Source: the human T2T-CHM13v2.0 reference genome, Homo sapiens
Assembly: GCF_009914755.1 (NCBI RefSeq)
Contig: NC_060926.1
Reading direction: 5' to 3' (one strand)
Length of the DNA stretch: 64,000 nucleotides
Shown here one piece after another: positions 24,681 to 41,510 of this stretch. The notes beneath the pieces are model-generated. The model searched no databases and was not told the origin of the DNA. It was given only the letters and a program-made list of their open reading frames with translations. The position numbers and the translations under genes were made by a program. How positions within the stretch are numbered: the first letter of the stretch is position 1; every line of letters starts with the position of its first letter.

Positions 24681-25247
24681 TAGCCAGGATGGTCTTGATC
24701 TCCTGACCTGGTGATCCGCCTGTCTCGGCCTCCCAAAGTGCTGGGATTACAGGCTTGAGCCACCGCACCCAGCTTGAATTGAATTGTTTTTAAAAAATAA
24801 TTCTAATATGATAGTATTACAAGGTTGCTGCTACATTTTTCAAGAAGTCATATAAATTATAAAAGCATCCTGACTCAGATTCAGAAGATGTGGATTTTCT
24901 TGCTGGCTCTGCTGCTTTCTAGTTTGTGCAAGTTACTTAATATCCCTAAAGCTCAGTTGCCTAAGGTCTTAGTAAATGTGTACTGAAGGATTTAAATAAA
25001 ACAAGGCTTCATCACACCTTCCCAGATGCACCAATACCAGCCAGTGCTTCCTCCGCAGAAATCTGAGTACCAGGTTTGTGGTGCTTGGGGATAGAGGGTT
25101 TGTCTCTTCTATGCTTCCTAGACACTAGCATCAGCCAAGCAATGTCCTCGCCTCAAAGATCTGGGTTCTAGCATTGTGAGAATCTGCCACCAAGTTTCTA
25201 ATGATAACTCCCAACTTCTTCCTTTTGTTCCCCTGCCCCTAGAGGTA

Positions 25248-25801
25248 TGTGCAGAAAAGTGTTAGGCCTGACTGCTGTCCTTTGAAAGACCTCCTTATAG
25301 GTTTGTCCTTGGCTGGCATTTGGTAACTGGGTTTTCAGAAGGGTTCCCGTCATTCACAGAACTGATGAGTGTGTCTCACTGTGCCTATGCACAGTGTATT
25401 GTTTGCATAAACCATATGGTTTCTGCTGAACACCATTTTGGAGTCTGGAATTTGGGTACATACCAGGCAGAGAGGATGCTTATGTGAGCAGGCCCCCATA
25501 AAAACCTTGAGCCTTGAGTCTCTAAGGAGCTACTGTGGTTGGCAATATTTCACATGTGTTGTCACAACTCCTTGCTGGACTAATTAAGCATTTCCTCTGT
25601 GACTCCATGACTTCACTGGGAGAGGACCCTTGAAAGATTGCTCATGGCTTCCTCCAGATTCCTAACATGGACCTTTATCCTTGCTAATTTTGCTTTCTAT
25701 ACTTTTCCTGTCATAAATCATAGCTGTGAGTATAAATATATGCTGAGTCCTGTGAGTCCTTTTAGCAAATCATTGTACCCGGGAATGGTCTTGGGGACAC
25801 A
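25248..25801 (+). mobile_element. MER68/MER21-like ERVL solo LTR
   Basis: TGTGCAGAAAAG...GTCTTGGGGACACA termini with a near-perfect 5-bp TSD (AGGTA / AGGTG). Confidence 0.7.
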
Positions 25802-26242
25802 AGGTGATACCTACTTCTTGAAGTTAACTGTTTTCTTATCTCAGTATTCCCTTTTATGTTTTTGTATTGTGGGGTTTTAAAAATTTATTTATTTTTTGTT
25901 TTTTATTTTTTTTGAGACAGGGAGTCTTGCTCTGTCACCCAGGCTGGAATACAGTGGTGCAATCTTGGCTCACTGCAACCTCCGCCTCCCAGGTTTGAGC
26001 AATTCCCTGCCTCAGCCTCCAGACTAGCTGGGATTACAGGCGCCCGCCACCAGGCCCAGCTAATTTTTGTATTTTTAGTAGAGACGGGGTTTCACCATCT
26101 TGGCCAGGCTGGTCTTGAACTCCTGACCTCGTGGTCCACCCACCTCGGCCTCCCAAGTGCTGGGACTACAGGTGTGAGCCACTGCACCTGGCCTTGTTTT
26201 TGTATTGTTTTTGTTGTTTTGACACAGGGTCTCACTCTGTGA

Positions 26243-26569
<327 letters not shown>

Positions 26570-27059
26570 TAATTGGTATAATTTCTGTTTTCCTGATGCT
26601 CCCTAAGCAGCATCACCAGTCAGTAAGGGCAAAATGCCTAGTTAATGTCCTTTGCTATTCCCCTGTTTATCAGAAACTAACATATGTAATAGGGCTAATC
26701 TCTTGTAACTCAGTTGCAAGAGGTGTTCAAGGAAGTTGCTCTTTAACAAGGAAGGTGGTGTTTAAACCAAACACTTCCCACAGACAGTCTCTATTTTTGT
26801 TTTGTTTTTGAAATGGAATCTCACTGATTGCCCAGGCTGGTCTTGAACTCCTGGCCTAAAGTGATTCTCCCTCCTAGGTCTTCCAAAGTGCTGGCATTAC
26901 AGGCGTGAGCCACCACACCCATTAAATATGGTAGAGAAGCCAAGGCGCAGTGGCTTACGCCTGTAATCCCACCACTTTGGGAGGCCGAGGGGGGCGGATC
27001 ACCTGAGGTCGGGAGTTTGGGACCAGCCTGACCAACATAGAGAAACCCCGTCTCTACTA

Positions 27060-27499
<440 letters not shown>

Positions 27500-27946
27500 A
27501 TAAAAATAACAGAAAAAAGAAAACAATGCTGTTACTACTAGAAATCATTGCCATCTCTATCTACTCGAAGACTTTCTGGTTCTGTTCAGTCTATAGGGTT
27601 CCGAAGAGTGAGCAAAATCTATAATAAACAGTATGATTCTAAGTGGAAATCAATCAGGAGGATTTCATTTGGAAAAATCACATAAAGGCAGAAATAAAAA
27701 GGTACAGAAAAAATGTTTTATTATGGAAGATTTCAAACATCCACAAAAATTAGATATGACTATGAAGAACTCCCCATGTACCCATCATTCAGTTCACTGA
27801 TTATCAATATAAGCTTAATTTTGTTTCATCCACTGTATTCCCCCAACCCCTTTTGGGTTATTTTAAAGCAAAGCACAGACATCATATTTCATCTGTAAAT
27901 ACTTCTGTATGAATATCTGAGATAAAGATTCATTTAAATAAGGTAA

Positions 27947-28186
<240 letters not shown>

Positions 28187-28471
28187 TAGCCAGGATGGTC
28201 TCGATCTCCTGACCTCATGATCCGCCCACCTCAGCCTCCCAAAGTGCTGGGATTACAGGTATGAGCCACCATGCTCAGCCTAAAAAATGAAAAACTTTTA
28301 TTTATTTATTTTTTTAGGGACAGTATCTCACTCTGTCGCCCAGGCTAGAGTGCAGTGGTGCTATCCTAGGTCACTGCAGACTCCAACTCCTGGATTCAAG
28401 TGATCCTCACATCTCGGTCTCCCAAAGTGCTGGGATTACAGGCATGAGCCAACTGCACCCAGCCTTAATAA

Positions 28472-28765
<294 letters not shown>

Positions 28766-28970
28766 TAGAGCTTAACTTTTAGCACATTCAAGAAGTATTC
28801 ACAAAATAAAGTATATACAATTTAAAATTTAGTTGCTCAAAAAAGATGTCATCGCCGGGCGTGGTGGCTCATGCCTGTAATCTTAGCACTTTGGGAGGCC
28901 GAGGCAGGCAGATCACCTGAGGTCAGGAGTTTGAGACCAGCCTCAACATGGAGAAACCCCGTCTCTACTA

Positions 28971-29129
<159 letters not shown>

Positions 29130-29267
29130 TCAAAAAAAAAAAAAGGCATCATATAGACAGTAGGGCAAAGTACCCACGTAAAAAGATTAGTTCTATGATT
29201 ACAGTGAATTTGACATCAACCAGTAAATGTGTTTATAATCGTAACACAGTCCTTACTAACAATGTAA

Positions 29268-29506
<239 letters not shown>

Positions 29507-29991
29507 TGATCCACTCGCCTCTGCCTCCCAAAGTGTTGGGATTACAGGCATGAGCCACTGCACCCGGCCAAAAATTTCTTAAAATCATCTAGTATCCAGC
29601 TTTCAAATTTCTTAGTCTCATATACCTTTTTTTAATATTTAGTTTGTGCAAAAGAAAATCAAAATAAAGCCTTTTACATCTTTTAAATCTACAACTGTCT
29701 CCCCCTTCCCTTCCTTTTTTACTTGATATTTACTCACTGAAGAAACTGGGTGACTTGTCTTATAGAATTTCCTGCATTCTGGAGTTGGCAGATAGTGTCC
29801 CCTTGGTGTCATTTAACATGTTCTTTTCTTTTTGGTTTGAATCAAGGTCTCACTCTGTCACCCAGGCTGGAATGCAGTGGAATGATCACAGCTCATTGCA
29901 ATCTCAAACTTCTGGGCTCAAGTGATCCTCTTGCTCAGCCTCCCCAGTAGCTGGGACTACAGGCGTGTACCACCATGCCCAGCTAATTTAA

Positions 29992-30135
<144 letters not shown>

Positions 30136-30189
30136 TAAAGAAGACCTTACTGGAATACTGGAAATATTTAAGATTTAAAGAAGAGCAAG

Positions 30190-31237
30190 TGAGAGGTGAC
30201 AACGTGCTGGCAGCCCTCGCTTGCTCTTGGCGCCGCCTCAGCGTCCGCTCTGGCCACACTCCAGGAGCCCTTCAGCCTGCCGCTGCGCTATAAGGGCCCC
30301 TCCCTGGGGCTGGCCGAGGCAGGAGCCGGCTCTCTCTGCTCGCCGGGAGGTGTGGAGGGAGAGGCACAGGTGGGAGCCAGGGCTGCGCGTGGTGCTCGTG
30401 GGCTGGCACGGGTTCTGGGTGGGCATGGGGTCGGCCGGCCCCGCACTCGGCGCGGCCGGCGCCTTCTGGGCTTGATCCAGGGACGAGCTCCCTCTGGGCT
30501 GCCAGAGTGCCTAGGCTAGGTGCTGCAGAGACCCCGGGAGTACCAGTGAGAGGTGAAGCCGGCTGGACTTCCGGGATGGGTGGGGACTTGGAGAACTTTT
30601 CTGTCTAGCTAAAGGTTTGTAAACGCACCAATCAGCACTTTGTGTCTAGCTAAAGGATTGTAAATGCACCAATTAGCACTCTGTGTCTAGCTCAAGGTTT
30701 GTAAACGCACCACTCAGAACCCTGTGAAAACGGACCAATCAGCTCTCTGTAAAATGGACCAATCAGCAGGCTGTGGGTGGGGTCCGCTAAGGGAATAAAA
30801 GCAGGCTGCCTGAGCTAGCAGCAGCAACTCTCTGGGTTCACCTTGCATGTTGTGGAAGGTTTGTTCTTTTGCTCTTTGCAATAAATCTTGCTGCTGCTCA
30901 CTCATTGAGTCTGTGCCACCTTTAAGACCTGTAAGAGTCACCACGAAGGTCTGCAGCTTCACTCCTGAAGCCTGGGAGACCACAAACCCACCGGGAGGGA
31001 TAAACAACTCCAGATGCGCTGCCTTTAAGAGCTGTAATGCTGCAAAGGTCTGCAGCTTCACTCCTGAAGTCAGTGAGACCACAAACCCACCAGAAGGAAG
31101 AAACTCCAGACACGTCTGAAAGTCAGAAGGAGTGAACTTGGGACACACCATCTTTAAAAACTGTAACACTCACAGTGAGGGTCCGTGGCTTCATTCTTGA
31201 AGTCAGCAAGACCAAGAACCCACCAATTCCGGACATA
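30190..31237 (+). mobile_element. Solo LTR12-family (ERV9) LTR
   Basis: Begins TGAGAGGTGACAACGTGCTGGCAG, ends CCACCAATTCCGGACATA; CAAG 4-bp TSD on both sides (30186-30189, 31238-31241); tandem CCAAT-bearing repeats at 30600-30770; AATAAA at 30794 and 30880. Confidence 0.92.
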
Positions 31238-31439
31238 CAAGGATTGTGTATTTGAAAGTAGTTGATACAGAATTGTCCATGCAGCTACAGAACCACCTCA
31301 ATCTACAAGTACATCATGTGTTGTACTGCAAAATGTTTGACAAACCTTGTAGCTGATGATTTCAATGTATCTAGTAAGGGGTGACTGCAATAAACCAAGC
31401 AAGAGGAGAAAATAATCATAGGCACAACAGCTGGAATAT

Positions 31440-32330
31440 TGCTTTAAATGTAAATCAGATCAAGTAACTGTTCTGCACTCAAACTCTAATGGCTTTCCTT
31501 CACGCTTAGAATACAATAAAAAATTGGTAGCATACTATGGCTTCCGTGGCACTAAGCTCTGCCTACCTCGCTGACCTTATTTCCTACCACTTTCCTCCTC
31601 TCACTGTGCTCCAAACTCCTTGCTCTTCCTAAAGCATGCCAAGATTGTTCCTGCCTGGGGCCTCTGCACTTGCTGTTCCATACACCTGAAAGTCATTTTC
31701 TTTTTCTTTTTCTTTTTTCTTTTTTTTTTTTTTTTTTTTGAGACGGAGTCTCGCTGTCGCCCAGGCTGGAGTGCAGTGGCGCAATCTCGGCTCACTGCAG
31801 GCTCCGCCCCCTGGGGTTCACGCCATTCTCCTGCCTCAGCCTCCTGAGTAGCTGGGACTACAGGCGCCCGCCACCTCGCCCGGCTAATTTTTTGTATTTT
31901 TAGTAGAGACGGGGTTTCACCGTGTTAGCCAGGATGGTCTCGATCTCCTGACCTCGTGATCCGCCCGCCTCGGCCTCCCAAAGTGCTGGGATTACAGGCG
32001 TGAGCCACCGCGCCCGGCCCATTTTCTCCCAAGTAATCAGAGTTCACTTCCTCACTTCATTTTAGGCCTTTGTTCAGTGTCATCCTCTTAGAGCCCCTCC
32101 TAACCACCCTATATAAAACAGCACCCTACCATATTCCTCCCTCTTCATCTCCTTACCCTGCTGTACTGTTTAGTCTATGGGACATATAACAAGCTGCCAT
32201 TGCACTATATACTAATTGGTTTCTTTCCCCCACTAGGATATAAGCTCTGTGACAGTGAAGACTTTTGCTCACTTCTCCAGCATCTAGTAGGTGCCACACA
32301 AATATCTGACTACATTTAATCAACAATCTC
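31440..32330. mobile_element. L2 fragment interrupted by a young Alu
   Basis: CTCACTGTGCTCCA...GGGCCTCTGCACTTGCTGTTCC...ACTAGGATATAAGCTCTGTGA are typical L2 3' motifs. Similar weaker L2 pieces lie near 13280-13730, 37980-38250 and 45760-46160. Confidence 0.6.
31702..32019 (-). mobile_element. Young AluY (Ye-like diagnostic changes)
   Basis: Nearly all CpGs intact; reverse-strand GGGCGAGGTGG, CCCCAGGGGGCGGAGCCTGCAG and GACAGCGAGAC variants; TSD CATTTTCT at 31694-31701 and 32020-32027. Confidence 0.85.
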
Positions 32331-32908
32331 ATTTACACCCAAACTATATTAAATAGGTAGTATTGTCATCCTCACTTTACAGTTTGCAGGAAAACTATTG
32401 GTGCACAAACCTTAAGTAAAGACCTGAAAACAAACTGAGGGAACAAGAAGTCTGGACTTGATGACTGATCACCAAAACAAGTAAATCAAAGCGAAGTCGT
32501 CTGATTAGTATGGAATAAGGGAAACCCAAATCATACGAGAACACCAATTAAAATGTGGGACACGCAGGAAGAAGGCAGACGGAACTGCTGCTGGATAACT
32601 GAGTCTTTCCTAATGACAGGACCTTATGTTGCCCTCACAATTACCCCGTGAGATAGGCAAGGCAGGCATTGTATTAGACAATCATTAACAAGCAGGACGC
32701 TGACAGCCAGGCTTCGCAGCCAGGAGTGGTGGCCTGTCTGGCTCCGCACTCACGGGTTCGGACAGTTACAGAATTAACACTCAAGCCCTGGGGCTTCCCG
32801 CAGCCCCCGGGGGGGTGGGGCTCACTGACTAGCCTCCCGGAAGCGGACCCCAGGAGAACCAGGCAGTTGGTTAATCCAGGAACAGCTCCTGCGCGGGGCG
32901 TGGACTGA

Positions 32909-33313
<405 letters not shown>

Positions 33314-33677
33314 TAATCAACAGCGGGGGCGCTGAGACGAGAGTAGTTTTCGATTTTGGCTGCCGAGTTGGGGGACCGGAAGGATTTGGGGGTGAGGCAG
33401 AGCCGGACTCGGTGCATTTCCGTGTCTTTAGAGGAGAAGGCTTTTTTTTGCGTTTGGCATCTGAGGGACTCAAGAGCGGCGCGCATCACCTTGGGCCCAA
33501 GGCTGTGTTCGTGGCTCGTTTGCCTCGTGAGAGGCGGTGAATCATCGGCGAAGCGACTTTGGAAGCAATTTGGCCATTGGTGCCTTTGGGCTCTTCCGGT
33601 CTCCTCCCCTATGGCTTGTTGCTACTGCTGTTGGAAAGTTTTAACTTTGCGCAGAAGGGTTGCCGGCTGCTGGCTGT

Positions 33678-33697
33678 ATGGGAGTTTGTGTTTGGCG
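33678..33697 (+). CDS. COQ10B: COQ10B alternative first coding exon (MGVCVW-R)
   Basis: ATGGGAGTTTGTGTTTGGCG followed by donor gtgagc at 33698; phase 2, so in frame with exon 2; lies in the CpG-rich start of intron 1. Confidence 0.6.
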
Positions 33698-34782
33698 GTG
33701 AGCCCCCTTCTCCGGTTCCTTCTACCTGCCAGATGGTCAGATGCGTTTTCCCAATTTCTGAAAGAGTGCTTTGCCCTCGCCATTTAGTGTTTACAAAACT
33801 AAATACAGCCAGCATAAGGGACTTGGATTTTTTCACTCTGCTGTAACTTACAGGTCCTGTAACCTTGAAGCATAGTCAGCTTTCGATTTTCCTGGTTGGT
33901 TCATTTTTTGGTAGGTGGGGGTGGAGATGGAGGTCGGGACACGGATACCATACTTGTACGACTTAGTTTCCTTTTACTAATAACATTGTAATATTCTTGA
34001 AAATTAAAGTTAGTGTGTTTAAAATGAATTCAGGTGTACAAAATACGAGGTGGGGAGAGAAAACACAAATCTAGTTGAGCCCCAGGACATTTAGATTAAA
34101 TGAAGATCCGACCCTACTGGAAACAAGGAAATAATTTTTTTAAAAAAAGATTCAATGAAGAATTTTTAAAAACACCAACAACCTTACCAAATCCAAATCC
34201 CTTTAGACAAATGTTGGATGAGACAAACAAAATCATAAAATTACTCCTGCTTTAGGAAATAACCTCAAAAAGTAGTTTCAAGCAGAATAACGCCATCATA
34301 CTTGAGATCTGTTTGTATTACTCTTATAAAATGTTGTCTTGCAAATAACACTTACTTTTGAGAAAAATACAGTTGCTTTAATGATCAAATTGAGGCTTCA
34401 GTTCCAAGATAAATACTGTTTATGATAATGAGGGCGGCAGTTTGCGTTCATTTCCAATGTTAAGCATCAGATTCTGACCTTTATTATACTTAAGTATATG
34501 AGAGAGTGGTACTGGAAGACGAGTGACAAAAAAGCTGTTCTCCATGTGGTCCAGTTGTCCAGTATTCATTTCATGGTTTAACTGTATATATGAATGTGTG
34601 TATCTTCATATCGTAGTTTAAGACATAGTATTCCTGGCAGTGCATGAAAATAGATGTGCTGTCCAGGCCACTGTAACTATAGCATGCAGATTGATCAGAA
34701 AATGTCCTGTTAGTTTGCTTTAAACACTGGTGTTTTCCTTAGGCTTGTAATCAGATTGTGTAAGGGTATTTTTTTGGGTAGG

Positions 34783-34850
34783 CTGGGAGGCAATACATGA
34801 ACCTGGTACAAAGGTTCATGTATTGCCTCCCAGTAAATACATGAACCTTT
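34783..34850. repeat. Perfect 22-bp inverted repeat plus a third partial copy
   Basis: CTGGGAGGCAATACATGAACCT (34783-34804) / AGGTTCATGTATTGCCTCCCAG (34812-34833); AATACATGAACCTTT at 34836-34850. Confidence 0.95.
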
Positions 34851-34924
34851 ATATATAGTAAAAAGTCAACCAGATACCCAATTCACCTCTTTAGAAGCAA
34901 AGGTCTCATCTTTTTTCAAGTAAA

Positions 34925-37075
<2,151 letters not shown>

Positions 37076-37234
37076 AATTATGCTCTTACCACTATTATAA
37101 AATCAACTACTACTTGTGATGTCCCAGAAAATTTAGAATTCACAAAGCCATCTTGCTTTTTTATATTTTCATTCATGAAGTGTTATTTATAGCTGAATAT
37201 ATAGGAATCTTAAAATCTTAAAAGGTCCTAATAA

Positions 37235-37588
<354 letters not shown>

Positions 37589-39521
37589 TAGTCATGTAGT
37601 ATTTACCTTAAGCAAATTCACTGACCTCTGTTTCATTTTCTCTGTAATAAGTGTGTTCAATTTTTATAAACAGCTCTAAAGTTCTTCATTGTATTATAGA
37701 GCCCAAATTTGTCTCTCTCTAATTGGGGTTGTGTTTTACACTTTGGGGTCATATTTTCTTTTTCTTTTTTTTTTTTCTTCTTTTGAGACGGAGAATCACT
37801 GTCGCCCAGGCTGGAGTGCAGTGGTGCGATCCACTCCATTTACATATATATGTATGTACATATGTATATGTATTCATATATATAAATAAATGGAATGAGG
37901 TATTAAATGCTACTAATGCCTATGTGTATTAGTATATACATACACACGCACACACACAGTTATTATATATGTACACACTTCTTTTCTCTCTTTGCATGGC
38001 TAACTCCTTGTCCACTATGTCTCAGCTAAAATCTTTTAAGGGATTCCTAGGTCACCCTGTCTAAAGGAGGTCCTAATTACACCTCCCTCTTCCCTGCATC
38101 TCTTCTTCAGCACTTTTTTGAATCAATCTTCAACTAGAATATAATCTTCATAAGGCTTATGTTTGTTCTATTCACCATTATATCCTTAGTACTTAGCACA
38201 GTCTTAACTTAGAATAGGAGCTCAGTAAATATGTGGATAATTTAAATTGAATTATCCTGGCCAGCAATGACTAAATGACTAGTAGTGTCAAATAGTCAAA
38301 TAGTTACGTAATAATCTTTTTTCTTTTCTCTTTTTTTTTTTTTTTTTGAGACGGAGTCTCATTCTGTTACCCAGGCTAGAGTGTGGTTGCACAACTTCGG
38401 CTTACTGCAACCTCCGCCTCCCGGGTTCAAGTGATTCTCCTGCCTCAGCCTCCTGAGTAGCTGGGACTACAGGCGCCTGCCACCACACTCAGCTAATTTT
38501 TTGCATTTTTAGTAGAGATGGGGTTTCACCATGTTAGTCAGGCTGGTCTTGAATTCCTGACCTCGTGATCCACCCGCCTCGGCCTCCCAAAGTGCTGGGA
38601 TTACAGGCATGAGCCACCTCACCCAGTCACTTATGTAATAATCTTATTAAGGAAAGTTGAAAATATTTAGGTGAACAAGCATATAGCAGACATTTGTACA
38701 TAGAAGTACCTCAAACAATAAGTTTCTGGTTAACTGGACATGTTTTTACATATATGCATTGAAATGGAGACTGCAAGGTAAAGGAGAACGCAGCAACAGT
38801 TGGTTTTTATTTGTTTTGTTTTTGCTTTTGTTGAGATAGAGTCTCGCCCTGTCACCCAGGCTGCAGTGCCCGTGGTGTGTTCATAGCTCATTGCAACCTC
38901 GAAGTGCTGTATTCAAGCGATCCTGCTGCCTCAGATTCCTGAGTAACGGGAACTACAGGCACATGCCACCATGGCCGGCTAATTTTTAAATTTTTTTGTA
39001 GAGACAGGGTCGCTATGTTGCCCAGGCTGGTCACAAACTCCTGGCCTCAAGGGATTCTCATGCATCAGCCTCCCAAACCACTGGGATTACAGGTTTGAGC
39101 CACCATGCTTGGCATCAGTACTCACCATCTGGTAGGTGGTCCTACCAGATGTCTGCCAAGAGATTTGAGACCTAATTTTAAGTCTCACTGGAGTGGATCA
39201 AGAATTAAGAAACACCTGTGGATCCAGCTAGGAAAACAACGTGGGTAGACAACACAAATCAGAAAATAGATTTGTGTATCTAGCAAAGCTTATGGTAAGA
39301 GTAAGTTGTAACATGTGACTACAGAGTGAAAGCCAACTTTCTGGGAGAGATGCCTTTTATGCCAGAAGCTTCTAACCTAACTAAGCTGTTATTTTTGTTT
39401 TTTTTTTTTACAGTGTTTAAGAAGCTGTGCTTTTTCTGTGCCCGTGTGTGTGTATTTTTTCAGAAACATTCTGAAGTTGCAAAGCCTTACAAAGTGGATA
39501 ATTACTTTATAGTTTCTATAA

Positions 39522-40001
<480 letters not shown>

Positions 40002-40369
40002 TAGCTAATTTTTGTATTTTTAGTAGAAACAGGGTTTCACTGTGTTGGCCAGGCTGGTCTCAACCTCCTGACCTCATGATCCACCTGCCTTGGCCTCCCA
40101 AAGTGCTGGGATTACAGTCATGAGCCACTGCTCCTGACCTAGCCATTGCTATTTTATAAATATTTGTTGAATGAATATAATTATATGGTAACTCTTTAGT
40201 ATAGACTTAAATCTTTGACATGTAAAGAAAATTATTTATGACTTACATTTTTTGTACATTGTTCTTTTCTGTATTAGCAACATTACTGATACATTGGGCC
40301 ATATGTTTACATAGCTTCCTCATGTATAGATATACATAGATAAGTACATACATACTAAGGCTCCTCATC

Positions 40370-40565
40370 TAGAGCCTTTGGTAAACATTTTCTGTGAAGG
40401 GACAGATAGTAACTATATTAGGTTTTGTGGGCCATAGGGACTGCTCAGCTCCTTCATTGTAGTCCGAAGGCAGACATAGATAATATTTAAATAAACGGGT
40501 GTGGCCACATTCCAGTAAAACTTTATTTACAAAAACAGGCGATGGGCCAGGTGTGGCCCCTGATC
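40370..40565. mobile_element. MER58A-like hAT element
   Basis: TTTTCTGTGAAGGGACAGATAGTAA...CCAGTAAAACTTTATTTACAAAAACAGG characteristic blocks. Confidence 0.7.
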
Positions 40566-41205
40566 TAGGGGTAAATAGAGCAGATGGTAAAGACACTACA
40601 GTTCTGCTAAACCGGAAATACACCATCCCTCCATAGGGGAATTTCTACAAATGGCTCTTAATTCCTAACTGGCCATGAAGCTTTGTGAAAGTGCATTTCG
40701 TTAATTTTACTCATTTGCTTTTGTTCTCCCTATTTTTCTGTAGTAAAAGACTTAACAGCATTGTTCACTAAGTTCACCTTTATTACTAGCTAGTCTCTGT
40801 ATTAGTTAAGGTAATGCTAACAGCCCTATAGATAATACCCAAGAGTTTATTTTTTTTTCTCATGTAGAGTTCAAATGGGTGTGCCGTCTACTGTAGTCCA
40901 AGTAGTGACTCAGAAACCCAGGCTACATCCAACTTTTGACCTCTGTAATTACTTAGTCTTCAGAATGTTGATCACATTGGTCTGGAGGTGACACACAACA
41001 CCTCCTCCCAGATATTACTGGCAACAGCTAATTGTGACCCCATCTAAACGCAGTGGAAATGAGGACTGGGAATTGTTGCTCCTGATGGGCAGGTACTTCC
41101 TAGCAACAGCACCACGTAAAAAGAGTGCAAATCTTTGGATAGACATCATTGTCACAGGTGTTACCTGTTAAAAAGAGAAATGGCAACTAAAAAAATACTG
41201 ATTTA

Positions 41206-41207
<2 letters not shown>

Positions 41208-41241
<34 letters not shown>

Positions 41242-41267
41242 GAGGGAGAGGGAGAGGTGTACAGGGT

Positions 41268-41298
<31 letters not shown>

Positions 41299-41300
41299 GT
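41208..41300. repeat. Compound (TG)n/(GA)n microsatellite derived from an Alu tail
   Basis: TG run then GA runs, with GAGAGGTGTACAGGGTCTCA present twice. Confidence 0.9.
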
Positions 41301-41321
41301 GTACAGGGTCTCACTCTATAG

Positions 41322-41510
<189 letters not shown>

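Noticed and set aside
30600-30770. Regularly spaced 41-bp direct repeats resembling a CRISPR array
   Set aside because: Tandem units without unique spacers; these are the known LTR12 U3 enhancer repeats.
30196-31169. ORFs inside LTR12
   Set aside because: GC-rich LTR sequence depleted of stops; LTRs are non-coding and no retroviral protein motif is present.
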